This document shows positions 26,920 to 37,698 of a stretch of DNA of 40,292 nucleotides, in pieces. The stretch comes from Cytophagales bacterium (GTDB lineage: Bacteria > Bacteroidota > Bacteroidia > Cytophagales > MED-G16). Made by a program: the position numbers and the translations under genes. Position 1 is the first letter of the stretch. Each line of letters opens with the position of its first letter. Under the pieces are notes generated by a model, which was not told the origin of the DNA, did no database searches, and worked only from the letters and a program-made list of their open reading frames with translations. The stretch lies in contig JAPYTU010000003.1 in the NCBI GenBank assembly GCA_029940715.1, forward strand, positions 1-40,292. Direction: 5' to 3'.

Positions 26920-28212
26920 TTAATTATTTTGAGAATCATTTTTCTCTAATATTTCTCTTAAATCTTTCATTATTACTTTCATTTCTTTTTGATCTTTCAT
27001 TAATTCAACAATATAGTATTTAAGTTCAGCAATACCAGACAAATTATCACTCATTACGTTTTCACTTAATCTCTCTAATTCGCTTTTAGATGAATTATTA
27101 TCAAGTTTTGTAATTAAAGTTTCATACGTTTTGGTTATTTCATCAAGATATTCTTTATCAACATTATTCGTTGAATTATTTTTAACAACATTTGACAAAT
27201 CTCTGAACTCTTTCAATAAAGAATTATCAAAATTAGGAGAATTAGGAGAAGATTGTATAATCTCTCTTTCTTTTTCAATTAATTGCCTTGTAAGTTCTTT
27301 AATTTCACTTATTTCCTGCCTAGTAAAATCTTTCAATTCATCAAGATTTTTTGTTACTCCATCTTTGAATTGATTAAACTTATCTGTATTATCTTCTATT
27401 GTTGTATTAGCTAATAATTGGATTGAAAAATTTTTTAAATCAACCACATCCTCTTTCAATTCATCAATATAAAAGACAATACTATCTTGATTTGCAAAAG
27501 TAGGTTTATTTTCTTGTTCCTGAATTTTTATATTTGTAAACGTGACTTGTTTTAATAATTCTGTTGCAATTTCTAAATCTTTTTTTAATTTATTTATTTC
27601 ATTAGTTTTTTCATCAACCAATTCATCGTCTTGATTTAAATTATCAACAAGAAGGGTATTGGTTATTTCTTTTTCATCAATTAAAGAAGAAATTTTATTT
27701 AAAAAATCCTCACTACTTAAACTACCTTCACTTAACAATTGTGAAGAAATTTGAGCAGATAAATTGCTTAAATCACTTTGAAGTTTAGAAATATCCCTTC
27801 CAATAGAAGCCATGTCTTCCTTATAAACATTTGTATCATCCTGTAAATCAGCAATAAATTTAACATTAGAACCCAAAATGCCTCTATCTGTATTTGATGA
27901 GAAAGCTTTAGAGACAGAGCTTAGTGAAACAATTACAACAGAAAGAATAACAAAAAGAACAGTTAATTGGAATGAAAAATGAGAAAAACTTTTATATTGT
28001 ATTTTCTTATTAAAATTCCAATAAATCAAAGAGATTGTTGCAAAAAAAAGTAACCCAATTATAATAGGGAAAATATAACTTGCATAAAGGGGTATTAAAA
28101 AATCTTGAATTATAAAGGCAAGTCCACCACTAAGAGCTAAGTTTTTTGCAAATAATCTCAGAACTGGAACTTGTTCAATAAAATCAACTATATCTATGCC
28201 TCCTATCTTCAT
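26920..28212 (-). CDS. Hypothetical protein with N-terminal TM helices and a long acidic coiled-coil
   Basis: About 3 hydrophobic segments in the first 100 aa, followed by a heptad-like E/D/K/L-rich region. No family recognised. Confidence 0.75.
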   Translation of the reverse strand: MKIGGIDIVDFIEQVPVLRLFAKNLALSGGLAFIIQDFLIPLYASYIFPIIIGLLFFATISLIYWNFNKKIQYKSFSHFSFQLTVLFVILSVVIVSLSSVSKAFSSNTDRGILGSNVKFIADLQDDTNVYKEDMASIGRDISKLQSDLSNLSAQISSQLLSEGSLSSEDFLNKISSLIDEKEITNTLLVDNLNQDDELVDEKTNEINKLKKDLEIATELLKQVTFTNIKIQEQENKPTFANQDSIVFYIDELKEDVVDLKNFSIQLLANTTIEDNTDKFNQFKDGVTKNLDELKDFTRQEISEIKELTRQLIEKEREIIQSSPNSPNFDNSLLKEFRDLSNVVKNNSTNNVDKEYLDEITKTYETLITKLDNNSSKSELERLSENVMSDNLSGIAELKYYIVELMKDQKEMKVIMKDLREILEKNDSQNN

Positions 28213-29591
28213 TAGTTATTTCTTTTATTTAAAACTACATTTTCTTTAATCCAACATCCAACGTTCATGATTTGACCTATTTCTAAATTTTCATTAAATA
28301 ATTCTTCCATAGATGGAAATTGTTCTCTAGCTTGATTTGCCTGAGAAATAAGGCCTCCTTTTTTAAACATATTATAAGCTGCAATAAATACAAGTCTATC
28401 TTCAACTCTACTTTTAGATTCTTTACAGTCTTCATAAGATGTCATATATAAATTTCCTATTAATTTATAAGCATTAGGATTATTAGGTTTTAAAATAATA
28501 GATAATTTAGCACTTTTTCTTGATTTTTCTTTATTACCAATAAACGTATATAGTTTTGCTTTATTAAAATAAATCTCTGCTTTCTGATGATTATCTTGAG
28601 TTATTTCTATTGCTTTATCATAAAAATTTAAAGAAACATCATAATTTTTATTTGCTTGCTCTCTGCCTGCAATAAATTTTGCTATAGCAAAATCAGGCTC
28701 TGAAGATAGCATAATTTTAGCAGCTTCAAGAGCAATATCAGAAGATGTACATTTACCAGTAATACTTAGTTGAAATATTTTTTTTGCTAAATTAACGGCC
28801 TCTGGAGAATATACGCTTAATGGTACTGGAGCAGTATCGTCATAATTCGTTTCTACAATTTCATCATTTAACATCGGAATCGCAATAAGTTTTGGGCCTA
28901 AAGTATTTTCAACAAAATTACAATCAACTGTAATTGTTGCTGTTAATAATTTATCAATATTATCCTGATATTTCTTAAATCTATCTGTATTTTTAGACTC
29001 ATTTGATATTTTATAACTAATTATTTTAGAAATCATATCATAGTTTTTTAAAACTTCATCATCAGAAATAGTTTTAGAAGTTAATTTATGTTTTCTAATT
29101 ATATCCATAAAAGCAACAAGATTACCATTTCCTATATCATTCCCATTTAACTCATATGCTTTTAAAAAAAAATTATACAATGACTCATACATAGATTTTT
29201 CTGTCCTATAATTAGAGTATGCAAATGCTGTCTTTCTATTTAAAACGTAAGCCTCCCTCCCGAAAAATTCAATTCTAGAATCAAAAATTTCTAAAGCTTT
29301 TAAAATATATTCTTCTTTTTTAACTGAATCAGTTTCACTTTTTATTAAACACTTATAAATTTTAATTCCATTTTGATAAATTGAAACATGAAGATTTGGA
29401 ACATTATTTAATAACCAAGAGTGATGCTCTAGGGAAGATAAACAATCTCCTTGCTTAAGATAGTCAGTATAAAGAACATTTTTTTCTTCAGCTAAAGATT
29501 TATTTTCTGGCCAATTCCACCCTGGCTGAGAAAATAATAATTTATTAGATACAATAAATAAAAATATTAATATTAATCTTTTCATAAACAT
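28212..29591 (-). CDS. Secreted tetratricopeptide-repeat protein
   Basis: Signal peptide, TPR-like helices (AYKLIGNLY) and C-terminal VGCWI.E.V. Confidence 0.8.
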   Translation of the reverse strand: MFMKRLILIFLFIVSNKLLFSQPGWNWPENKSLAEEKNVLYTDYLKQGDCLSSLEHHSWLLNNVPNLHVSIYQNGIKIYKCLIKSETDSVKKEEYILKALEIFDSRIEFFGREAYVLNRKTAFAYSNYRTEKSMYESLYNFFLKAYELNGNDIGNGNLVAFMDIIRKHKLTSKTISDDEVLKNYDMISKIISYKISNESKNTDRFKKYQDNIDKLLTATITVDCNFVENTLGPKLIAIPMLNDEIVETNYDDTAPVPLSVYSPEAVNLAKKIFQLSITGKCTSSDIALEAAKIMLSSEPDFAIAKFIAGREQANKNYDVSLNFYDKAIEITQDNHQKAEIYFNKAKLYTFIGNKEKSRKSAKLSIILKPNNPNAYKLIGNLYMTSYEDCKESKSRVEDRLVFIAAYNMFKKGGLISQANQAREQFPSMEELFNENLEIGQIMNVGCWIKENVVLNKRNN

Positions 29592-29596
29592 TAAAA

Positions 29597-30865
29597 TTAA
29601 TCAAATTTTCTTTTAATAAACCAGATATTATTTATAGAACTACCAACTATAAATTTCAAATACCTTTCTTTAATTAATGTTTTGCTAAGATTTCCCCTTC
29701 TTCCTAATTCAAATGCTAAATTAATTCTTGATATAGAGCCCACTGGTAATGAAAAACCGAAAGTTAATCCAATACTATTAATACTTCCACCATTAACTAA
29801 GTATGGAAAACTTTTATAAACTATTCCAGACCTATATGTAACTCTTTTAAAATAGCTATTAACATTTTCTGCTTCAGGTATAATTTCTATACCTGATGAC
29901 AACTGAAAAGAATTTTTATAATGAATGGATGAATTATCATTAAAACCACTTTTATCATTCCATGGTTGTACTTTAAACTCAAAACCAAAAGATAATTTAT
30001 CAATAATTTCATAAGAAATACCTATACCATAACTTCTAGGGATATTAAAAGTAGATATTTCATTATCTATTAATGTATCTAAAACAACAGGGGATGTTGA
30101 ACCAGGTATTCTTCTTTCCAATTGTGTAAATCGGTTAGCATTCAAAGAAGATTTTAAATCATATATCATACCTATTTTAAGAAATTTACTTTCTACTAAT
30201 TCCTTTTTATAAAATATTCCAATATTAAGTGAATAATCATTGTATACAGATTCTTCAAAATAAGTTGAATTGAATTGAGTTTCATTTGAAACAAATGCCG
30301 ATGTTGTATTTGTTATTTTGCCAAATATATATGAACCTTTTACACCTAAAGACAATTCATTCCCCAATCTAAATCCATTAGCCCAATAAGCTTCCGTTAA
30401 ACCACCAGTGCCAGAATACTCATAAAATGCAAGAGCCGAACTTTGATCTATACGTTTTTGATCAATTAAATTATAACTAACAGTACTATAGGGATTAAAA
30501 CCTATTGATGTAATCCATTTTCCTCCTTTAATCAACGGGACTCCAAATCCAATATAATTGATATTTCCATTCCCATTAATATCTTTTGATGTTTCATTTA
30601 TTATCTGTCTAACATCGGATGAAATACCCATTTCAAAAATGGTAAAACGATTAGAGGTTAAAGCAGCTGGATTTTGATTATTAAGGTGCCAATAAGATCC
30701 GTTGCTAATTCCTAAACCACCCATGGCAAGATTATGTGCAAATGAGTTATCATTTAATTCTCCTATTGAATTTAAAGAACTAAATGGTGTTGTTAGTTGT
30801 GAGAAAGTAACATTACTAACAAAAAAAAGAAAAATCATAAAAACATAAAAAATTATTTTATGCAT
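29597..30865 (-). CDS. Outer-membrane beta-barrel protein (FadL/OmpP1-like)
   Basis: Signal peptide, AMGGLG, NPAAL, alternating beta strands and C-terminal WF.KRKFD. Confidence 0.8.
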   Translation of the reverse strand: MHKIIFYVFMIFLFFVSNVTFSQLTTPFSSLNSIGELNDNSFAHNLAMGGLGISNGSYWHLNNQNPAALTSNRFTIFEMGISSDVRQIINETSKDINGNGNINYIGFGVPLIKGGKWITSIGFNPYSTVSYNLIDQKRIDQSSALAFYEYSGTGGLTEAYWANGFRLGNELSLGVKGSYIFGKITNTTSAFVSNETQFNSTYFEESVYNDYSLNIGIFYKKELVESKFLKIGMIYDLKSSLNANRFTQLERRIPGSTSPVVLDTLIDNEISTFNIPRSYGIGISYEIIDKLSFGFEFKVQPWNDKSGFNDNSSIHYKNSFQLSSGIEIIPEAENVNSYFKRVTYRSGIVYKSFPYLVNGGSINSIGLTFGFSLPVGSISRINLAFELGRRGNLSKTLIKERYLKFIVGSSINNIWFIKRKFD

Positions 30866-30945
30866 ATTACTGGTAACATTACGTGTAAAAAGTTGAAATG
30901 CAAAGATGCATTCTTTAATTCAGAAATAAAAAGAAAAATTTATTC

Positions 30946-32016
30946 ATGAATATTAAAAAATATAAGGTTTTAGGAATCATGTCAGGAACGTCCTGTGATG
31001 GTCTAGATATTGCATATTGTGAGTATTGGGAAAAAAACAATAAATGGAATTATAAATTATTAAATTTCACAACGATCAATTACAACATAAAATGGAAAAA
31101 AAAATTATTAAACTGTTATAAAATAAACGCATATGAATTAAAAAAATTGGATGTTAATTTCGGAAATTTTATATGTCAATCAATTAAAAAATTTATAATA
31201 AAACATAAAATAAAACCTGATCTAATAGCTTCTCATGGTCATACAGTATTTCATAATCCTATAGAAAAAATTTCTCTCCAAATAGGAAATCCATTAGCTA
31301 TATTTTCAAAAATTAAAATTCCAATAATATATAATTTCAGAGAACTAGATGTAATAATAGGAGGACAAGGAGCACCATTGGTTCCTTATGGTGAAAAACA
31401 TTTATTTAGTAAATATGATTATTGTATAAATATAGGTGGCATTTTAAATATAACAGATTTAAATGAGAGTAAGTTTTTAGCTTTTGACGTATGTCCGGCA
31501 AATTTAGTACTCAACTTTTTAGCAAGAAAATTAAATATGAAATTTGACAAAAATGGTGAAACTGCTTCAAAAGGAAAAATGATAGATAATTTATATAACA
31601 AATTAAATAATTTAAAATATTACAATTCCTCAAAACCCAAAAGTTTAGATATAAATTATATTGAAAAAAAAATAATACCTCAACTAGAAAAGTATAAAAC
31701 AAAAGATACATTGCACACATTTGTTGAACATATTGCATTTCAAGTAAACAAGCACTTAAATAAAAAAAATGCTTCTGTTCTTTTAACTGGAGGGGGAACA
31801 TTTAATAAATATCTAGTTAAAAGAATAAAAATTAACAATAAGGTAAAATCGATATTTGTTGTACCTGAAAAAAAATTAATTAATTTTAAAGAAGCGTTGA
31901 TATTTGGTTTTTTAGGACTAATGAGACTATTAGATAAAAAAAACGTTCTTAAATCTGTTACAGGATCAAAAAAATCAACATCATCTGGGATTATTATTAA
32001 CAATAAAATTTTTTAG
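30946..32016 (+). CDS. anmK: Anhydro-N-acetylmuramic acid kinase
   Basis: GIMSGTSCDGLD, SHGHTVFH, GGQGAPLVP, NIGGI.N and TGGG..N. Confidence 0.95.
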   Translation: MNIKKYKVLGIMSGTSCDGLDIAYCEYWEKNNKWNYKLLNFTTINYNIKWKKKLLNCYKINAYELKKLDVNFGNFICQSIKKFIIKHKIKPDLIASHGHTVFHNPIEKISLQIGNPLAIFSKIKIPIIYNFRELDVIIGGQGAPLVPYGEKHLFSKYDYCINIGGILNITDLNESKFLAFDVCPANLVLNFLARKLNMKFDKNGETASKGKMIDNLYNKLNNLKYYNSSKPKSLDINYIEKKIIPQLEKYKTKDTLHTFVEHIAFQVNKHLNKKNASVLLTGGGTFNKYLVKRIKINNKVKSIFVVPEKKLINFKEALIFGFLGLMRLLDKKNVLKSVTGSKKSTSSGIIINNKIF

Positions 32017-32019
32017 TTC

Positions 32020-33441
32020 ATGTATGAATTAATGATTATAGTTTTTGTAATAGGTTATATCTGTATAACCATTGAGCACAAAATAAAAATTGACAAGGCT
32101 GCAATTGCACTTATAACTGGGATTTTATGCTGGACTATTTATGTCACTGGAAAAAATGATATTGTAAGTCTTGAGACCATACAGATATATGCAGAAAAAG
32201 AATTTAAAAATACCTTTCAAGATGAAATAATAGAAACATCTAGTTCAACTGATAAAAACACGTTTGATATTGTTGAACACTACGTAACAGAAGTTCAATT
32301 GTTTGAAATTTTAGGTGAAATATCAAGCATATTATTTTTTTTAATGGGTGCCATGACAATAGTCGAATTAATAGACTTGCATGGAGGATTTCGTGTTGTA
32401 ACATCAATAATTAAAACTACAAGCAAATTTAAATTATTATGGATTTTTGGATTTATTGCATTTTTCTTTTCTGCTATTCTTGATAATCTAACTACATCCA
32501 TAATTATGGTTTCTCTTACAAGAAAATTTATATTAAATAAAAAAGAAAGATGGCTTTTTTTAGGACTTATTATAATTGCAGCTAATGCAGGAGGAGCTTG
32601 GTCGCCAATTGGTGATGTTACAACAACCATGTTATGGATAGGTGAACACGTAACAAGTTCAAAAATTATTGTTGAGCTATTTATCCCAAGTTTAGTTTGT
32701 TTTCTTATACCAGCTACTATTTTATCATTTAATATTAAGGGACATATTAATATACCTGATAAAAAATTTATGATAACCTCGCATCATACCACTGAGTTTG
32801 AAAGAAGACTAGTATTTTTTGCAGGAATTGGAGGATTAATATTTGTTCCTATCTTTAAATCACTTACTCATTTGCCTCCTTTTATGGGCATGATGTTAAG
32901 TCTTGGATTTTTATGGTTACTCACTGATATAATTCATAAAAATGATAGGAAAGAAAATAGAAGATACTTTTCAGTATTTCATGCCTTAGAAAAAATGGAT
33001 GTCCCGACAATATTATTCTTTTTAGGAATTTTGTTAGCAGTTGGGAGCCTACAAAGTGCAGGTCAACTAAATGAAGTTGCAATATTTTTAGATAATAAAA
33101 TAGGGACAAATACTTCTAATGGAGTTTATATTATTGGAGTCATTATTGGATTTTTATCAGCTATAATAGATAATGTTCCGTTGGTTGCCGCTGCAATTGG
33201 AATGTACCCTCTAGAAGCAACTGGATACTTTATGCAAGATGGTACATTCTGGAAATTTTTAGCCTATTGTGCTGGAACTGGTGGAAGTTGTTTAATTATA
33301 GGTTCAGCAGCAGGAGTTGCAATCATGGGACTAGAAAACATTCCTTTTTTTTGGTATGTAAAAAGGATATCACTACTTGCAATTATAGGGTATGTATGTG
33401 GCGCAATAACATACATTATCCAAAATATTTTATTGAGCTAA
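32020..33441 (+). CDS. nhaD: NhaD-type Na+/H+ antiporter
   Basis: MTIVELID.H.GF, LDNLTT, ANAGGAWSPIGDVTT, IDNVPL and GGS.LIIGSAAG. Confidence 0.93.
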   Translation: MYELMIIVFVIGYICITIEHKIKIDKAAIALITGILCWTIYVTGKNDIVSLETIQIYAEKEFKNTFQDEIIETSSSTDKNTFDIVEHYVTEVQLFEILGEISSILFFLMGAMTIVELIDLHGGFRVVTSIIKTTSKFKLLWIFGFIAFFFSAILDNLTTSIIMVSLTRKFILNKKERWLFLGLIIIAANAGGAWSPIGDVTTTMLWIGEHVTSSKIIVELFIPSLVCFLIPATILSFNIKGHINIPDKKFMITSHHTTEFERRLVFFAGIGGLIFVPIFKSLTHLPPFMGMMLSLGFLWLLTDIIHKNDRKENRRYFSVFHALEKMDVPTILFFLGILLAVGSLQSAGQLNEVAIFLDNKIGTNTSNGVYIIGVIIGFLSAIIDNVPLVAAAIGMYPLEATGYFMQDGTFWKFLAYCAGTGGSCLIIGSAAGVAIMGLENIPFFWYVKRISLLAIIGYVCGAITYIIQNILLS

Positions 33442-33923
33442 TTATCTAAATTACTTTGATATTCAATCATTTTCAAAAAAGTATGAGCAGCATCTTCCCC
33501 CTTATTTCCACATTTTCCCCCTGCTCTTTCAACAGCTTGTTTTTTTGAATTAGTTGTTAAAACACCAAAAATTACTGGCAGATTATACTTTAAAGAAACA
33601 TCTAGAAGACCTTTACAGACCGATTGAGAAATATATTTATCATGATTTGTTTCTCCTTGAATTATACATCCAAGAGCTATAACACCATCAATTTTTTTCT
33701 TGTTTAATAAAATGTCAGAAGCCAAAACTAATTCCATGCTTCCAGGAACATAATAATTGTTTATATTATTTTTCTCTAAACCAGCATTAATTAAAAAATT
33801 ATTACATGAGTTTTTAAGTAATAATGTTATATCATTATTCCACTGAGAGATAATTATACCAACTTTAATATCTTTTATCTTATCCAAGACATAATTATGA
33901 GAAAGACTAGTATTAATGCTCAT
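33438..33923 (-). CDS. ribH: 6,7-dimethyl-8-ribityllumazine synthase
   Basis: SQWN, VPGSMEL, GCIIQGET.H, FGVLT and NKG. Confidence 0.95.
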   Translation of the reverse strand: MSINTSLSHNYVLDKIKDIKVGIIISQWNNDITLLLKNSCNNFLINAGLEKNNINNYYVPGSMELVLASDILLNKKKIDGVIALGCIIQGETNHDKYISQSVCKGLLDVSLKYNLPVIFGVLTTNSKKQAVERAGGKCGNKGEDAAHTFLKMIEYQSNLDN

Positions 33924-34627
33924 TATATTTTTCCTTCTAATCTTGCTTTGTTTTTTAATGAAATTTGATATTCTACTGATTCTTTATAATTATCAACAAT
34001 ATCTATATAACAATCCAATGCTAAATTTATATCATTTAATTCTTCATATACAAGAGCTAGTTTCAACAAATAATGAGAAGTAAAAAATTGATTTGGTTGA
34101 TAATTAATAGCTTTTTTAAAATAAATAATTGCATCATCATATTCTCCTAACTCAACATAAGCATCACCAATTAATGAATACGATCTAGCTTGTATTAAAT
34201 AATCGCTAGAACTAAAATCTTTAAAATAACGAATTGCGTTATTATAATCACCCAATTTAAGGTATGAAGAACCAGCATAAAAATTTGCAAGATTAGCTGC
34301 TTCAGAAAGATTAAATTCATCAATTATTTCTAAAAAACCATAATTATTTCCATCACCATTTAATGCTTTAACCAAACTATCAGATTCAAAATAGTAAATA
34401 GCCTGAAACATTTCTTCTTGAGCTATAGAGTTCTGATTTGTTTTAAAATAATTAAAGAAAGAAAATAATAAAAAAGAAACTACAAGAAAACTAAGAATTC
34501 CAAATAAAATATTTTTATTCTTATTAATAAAAACTTCAGATTTACTAAGTGTTTCAGAAATTATTTCTGAATTTTCTATCGAAAATACTTCCTTTTTTTG
34601 ACCTTTATATTTTTTTATTTTAACCAT
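33923..34627 (-). CDS. Membrane-anchored TPR protein (YfgM-like)
   Basis: Single TM, ALNGDG..GF and TPR helices. Lies next to ribH. Confidence 0.8.
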   Translation of the reverse strand: MVKIKKYKGQKKEVFSIENSEIISETLSKSEVFINKNKNILFGILSFLVVSFLLFSFFNYFKTNQNSIAQEEMFQAIYYFESDSLVKALNGDGNNYGFLEIIDEFNLSEAANLANFYAGSSYLKLGDYNNAIRYFKDFSSSDYLIQARSYSLIGDAYVELGEYDDAIIYFKKAINYQPNQFFTSHYLLKLALVYEELNDINLALDCYIDIVDNYKESVEYQISLKNKARLEGKI

Positions 34628-34639
34628 AATAACTTCTTT

Positions 34640-35671
34640 TTATTCTTTAATAAATGGATAATCTTTTTGAACATAAATATCTGAGAAAACTTCTTCTTTA
34701 TTAGGATATGGTGATTTTTCAGCAAAATCTACAGATTTTTTTATTTGTTCTTTTATATTTTTATCCACTAATTCTATCTCGTTAATAGATAATATATTTT
34801 TACTTAATAAAAGATTTTTTATTTGTTCAATAGGATCTTTTTGTTTGTAATTTTCCAATTCTTTTTTTGATCTATATTGTGCTGGATCTGACATAGAATG
34901 TCCTTTATATCGATATGTTCTAAATTCAAGTAATGATGGCCCTTTTCCATTTCTTGCTCTATTAGCAGCTTTAGAAACAGCATGATGAACATTTATAACA
35001 TTCATTGCATCTACAGGTTTTGAAGGAATGTCATAACCTAATCCTAATTTAAATAATTCAGTTACATTAGATGATCTTTTCACAGAAGTTCCCATTGCAT
35101 AACCATTATTCTCTATTATAAAAATAACAGGTAATTTTAAAAACATTGAAATATTTAATGCTTCATGAAAAGCACCTATTCTAACAGCGCCATCTCCTAA
35201 AAAAGTTATACATACATTATCTGTTTTTTTATACTTCTCAGAAAATGCAATACCTGCTCCGATAGGAATTTGATTACCAACTATTCCATGGCCTCCAAAA
35301 AAATTCTTTTTTTTATCAAACATATGCATAGAACCTCCTTTACCTTTAGATATTCCTGTAGACTTACCGAATAATTCCGCCATTATGTAATCAGGGTTTG
35401 TCCCTAAAGCAATTGGATGAGCATGATCTCGATAAGAAGTAATATATTTATCACCTTCTTTCAGTGCTGAAACAGAACCAGCCACACATGCTTCTTGTCC
35501 TATATATAAATGGCAAAATCCTGCAATTTTCTGCTCTCCATATAATCTACCAGCCATCTCCTCAAACCTTCTCATCAAAACCATAGATTTTAACCAATAT
35601 AAGTATGTAGAAGAATCAAATTCTTTAGATTCATTAATGACTTTAACTTTTTTATCTTTTAAGACTGGCAT
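34640..35671 (-). CDS. pdhA: Pyruvate dehydrogenase E1 alpha subunit
   Basis: GFCHLYIGQEA, GGSMH, GDGA..ENN and RYKGHSMSDP. Confidence 0.96.
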   Translation of the reverse strand: MPVLKDKKVKVINESKEFDSSTYLYWLKSMVLMRRFEEMAGRLYGEQKIAGFCHLYIGQEACVAGSVSALKEGDKYITSYRDHAHPIALGTNPDYIMAELFGKSTGISKGKGGSMHMFDKKKNFFGGHGIVGNQIPIGAGIAFSEKYKKTDNVCITFLGDGAVRIGAFHEALNISMFLKLPVIFIIENNGYAMGTSVKRSSNVTELFKLGLGYDIPSKPVDAMNVINVHHAVSKAANRARNGKGPSLLEFRTYRYKGHSMSDPAQYRSKKELENYKQKDPIEQIKNLLLSKNILSINEIELVDKNIKEQIKKSVDFAEKSPYPNKEEVFSDIYVQKDYPFIKE

Positions 35672-35756
35672 AATAAATTAATATAATAAACTTAATTGTT
35701 CAAAAATTTCTTTATTTACAGAAACAATATAACATTTAATTTTTGCACAAATATAT

Positions 35757-36851
35757 ATGCATCTAAACAAAATAAAGATTAATAATTTCAAAAATTATAA
35801 TTCTATAATGATAAATTTTTCTCCAGAAGTAAATTTTATTTTTGGAAAAAATGGAGCTGGAAAAACTAATTTATTAGATGCAATTTATTATTTATCATAT
35901 ACAAAAAGTGCATTAAATACTACCGACTATGAAAACATTAAAAAAGGAAAAAATTTTTTTAAAATAGAAGGATCTTTTAATAAAAGGGAAATAAAATACA
36001 CATGTTTATTAAATGAAAAATATTTGAAAAAAATATTTGAAAATAATACTCCATATAAAAAAATAAAGGATCATATTGGAAAAATTCCATGCGTTTTTAT
36101 CACACCCTATGATATAAACTTAATTAGAGGATATAGTAAACAAAGAAGAAAATTTATTGATATGTTAATATGCCAAATAAATAAAAATTATTTGGATGAC
36201 CTTATAACTTATAACAAACTACTAAAACAAAGAAACACATATCTTAAAAATACATTAACAATTGAATATATTGATATAAATCAATTAAATACATATAACG
36301 AAAGATTATTTATACTAAATAATTCAATTAAAACAATTCGAAAAGAACACATAAATTTAATTACCCATAGATTTAATAAAATTTTCAAAACGCTATCCCA
36401 ATCTAACATTAAGGCTTCAATTGAATACATATCGAATTTTGAAAATAAAAAAGGAATAAAACAGTATGAAAATGATTTTAAAAATGATTTCTATTCTAAT
36501 AAAACATCATTTGGCATACACAATGATGATTATATATTTAAAATGGACAACGAATTAATAAAAAAGTATGGATCACAAGGACAACAAAAATTATTTATTA
36601 TATCATTAAAAATAGCAGAATTTTTTATATTAAAATTTTTTTCTAAAAAAAATCCTATTATACTACTTGACGATGTTTTTGATAAATTAGATGATAAAAG
36701 AATTAATTTGTTACTAAAATATTTTGATAGTAATAAATTTTCACAAATTTTTATCACTGATTCTTTAGAGAGTAGAATTGAAAAAATTAAAAATATAAAC
36801 AAAAAAATTAAAATAATTAACATCAAAAATGGAAAAATAAATGAGCAATAA
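35757..36851 (+). CDS. recF: DNA replication/repair protein RecF
   Basis: NFKNY, Walker A GKNGAGKTN, SQGQQK and LLDD..DKLD. Confidence 0.95.
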   Translation: MHLNKIKINNFKNYNSIMINFSPEVNFIFGKNGAGKTNLLDAIYYLSYTKSALNTTDYENIKKGKNFFKIEGSFNKREIKYTCLLNEKYLKKIFENNTPYKKIKDHIGKIPCVFITPYDINLIRGYSKQRRKFIDMLICQINKNYLDDLITYNKLLKQRNTYLKNTLTIEYIDINQLNTYNERLFILNNSIKTIRKEHINLITHRFNKIFKTLSQSNIKASIEYISNFENKKGIKQYENDFKNDFYSNKTSFGIHNDDYIFKMDNELIKKYGSQGQQKLFIISLKIAEFFILKFFSKKNPIILLDDVFDKLDDKRINLLLKYFDSNKFSQIFITDSLESRIEKIKNINKKIKIINIKNGKINEQ

Positions 36852-37134
36852 AAGAACATCAAAACCTTTAAAAATTAATGAATTAACTTCTCAACTTTTT
36901 AAACAAACAAGAATTAAAAACAATATTCTGCAAGCGCAAGTACAAAATACATGGGAAAAATTAATGGGAAATAATGTAATTAAAAGAACGAATAAAATTT
37001 TTATAAAAGAAAATAAACTAATTATAAAACTAACATCAGCACCACTTAAAAATGAATTAAACAATTCAAAAAAAAGAATTATTAAACAAATAAATGAAAT
37101 CCATTCTGAAATTCAAGAATTAATATTCATTTGA
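36841..37134 (+). CDS. DUF721 / DciA-family protein
   Basis: W..LMG..V..RT and L.I.L.SAPLKNEL, directly downstream of recF. Confidence 0.8.
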   Translation: MSNKRTSKPLKINELTSQLFKQTRIKNNILQAQVQNTWEKLMGNNVIKRTNKIFIKENKLIIKLTSAPLKNELNNSKKRIIKQINEIHSEIQELIFI

Positions 37135-37698
37135 ATTAAAAAATGTTTTTTGAAAAATAATTAAAATAAAAACACCTATAAATATCAGAGAATCTGCTAC
37201 ATTAAAAACTGGCCACAAAGAAATAAAAGTATCACCTAAAAATGGTATATAGGATGGCAAATACCCTTCCCAAATATCTATAAAAAACATATCTATAACT
37301 TGTCCATTAAACAATTCGAAAGGAGCATTTTTAGGTGAATTATTCAATAAAATACCATAAAAAACACTATCAATTACATTACCAACAGCTCCAGAAAAAA
37401 TCATCGTAGTTGATAAAATCAAAGTTTTATTAAAATTTTTTACAATAATATATTTTAAATATACCCCAATAACCACGGAAGCAAATAAACGAAATAATGT
37501 TAATATTAATTTAGTGTATTTAAAATCAAAATTAATACCAAATGCCATTCCGGGATTTTCAATATGATGTAGTTTAATAAAATTTCCAATTAAAGATATT
37601 TCACTATAAAGAGGCATATTATAATGAACTAATAACTTAATAAATTGATCAAGAAATATGAAGAAAAATGCTAAATAAAAAAATTGATACTTTTTCAT
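37120..37698 (-). CDS. lspA: Lipoprotein signal peptidase II
   Basis: DQ..K, ENPGMAFG, GNVIDS and FNVADS. Confidence 0.95.
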   Translation of the reverse strand: MKKYQFFYLAFFFIFLDQFIKLLVHYNMPLYSEISLIGNFIKLHHIENPGMAFGINFDFKYTKLILTLFRLFASVVIGVYLKYIIVKNFNKTLILSTTMIFSGAVGNVIDSVFYGILLNNSPKNAPFELFNGQVIDMFFIDIWEGYLPSYIPFLGDTFISLWPVFNVADSLIFIGVFILIIFQKTFFNSNEY

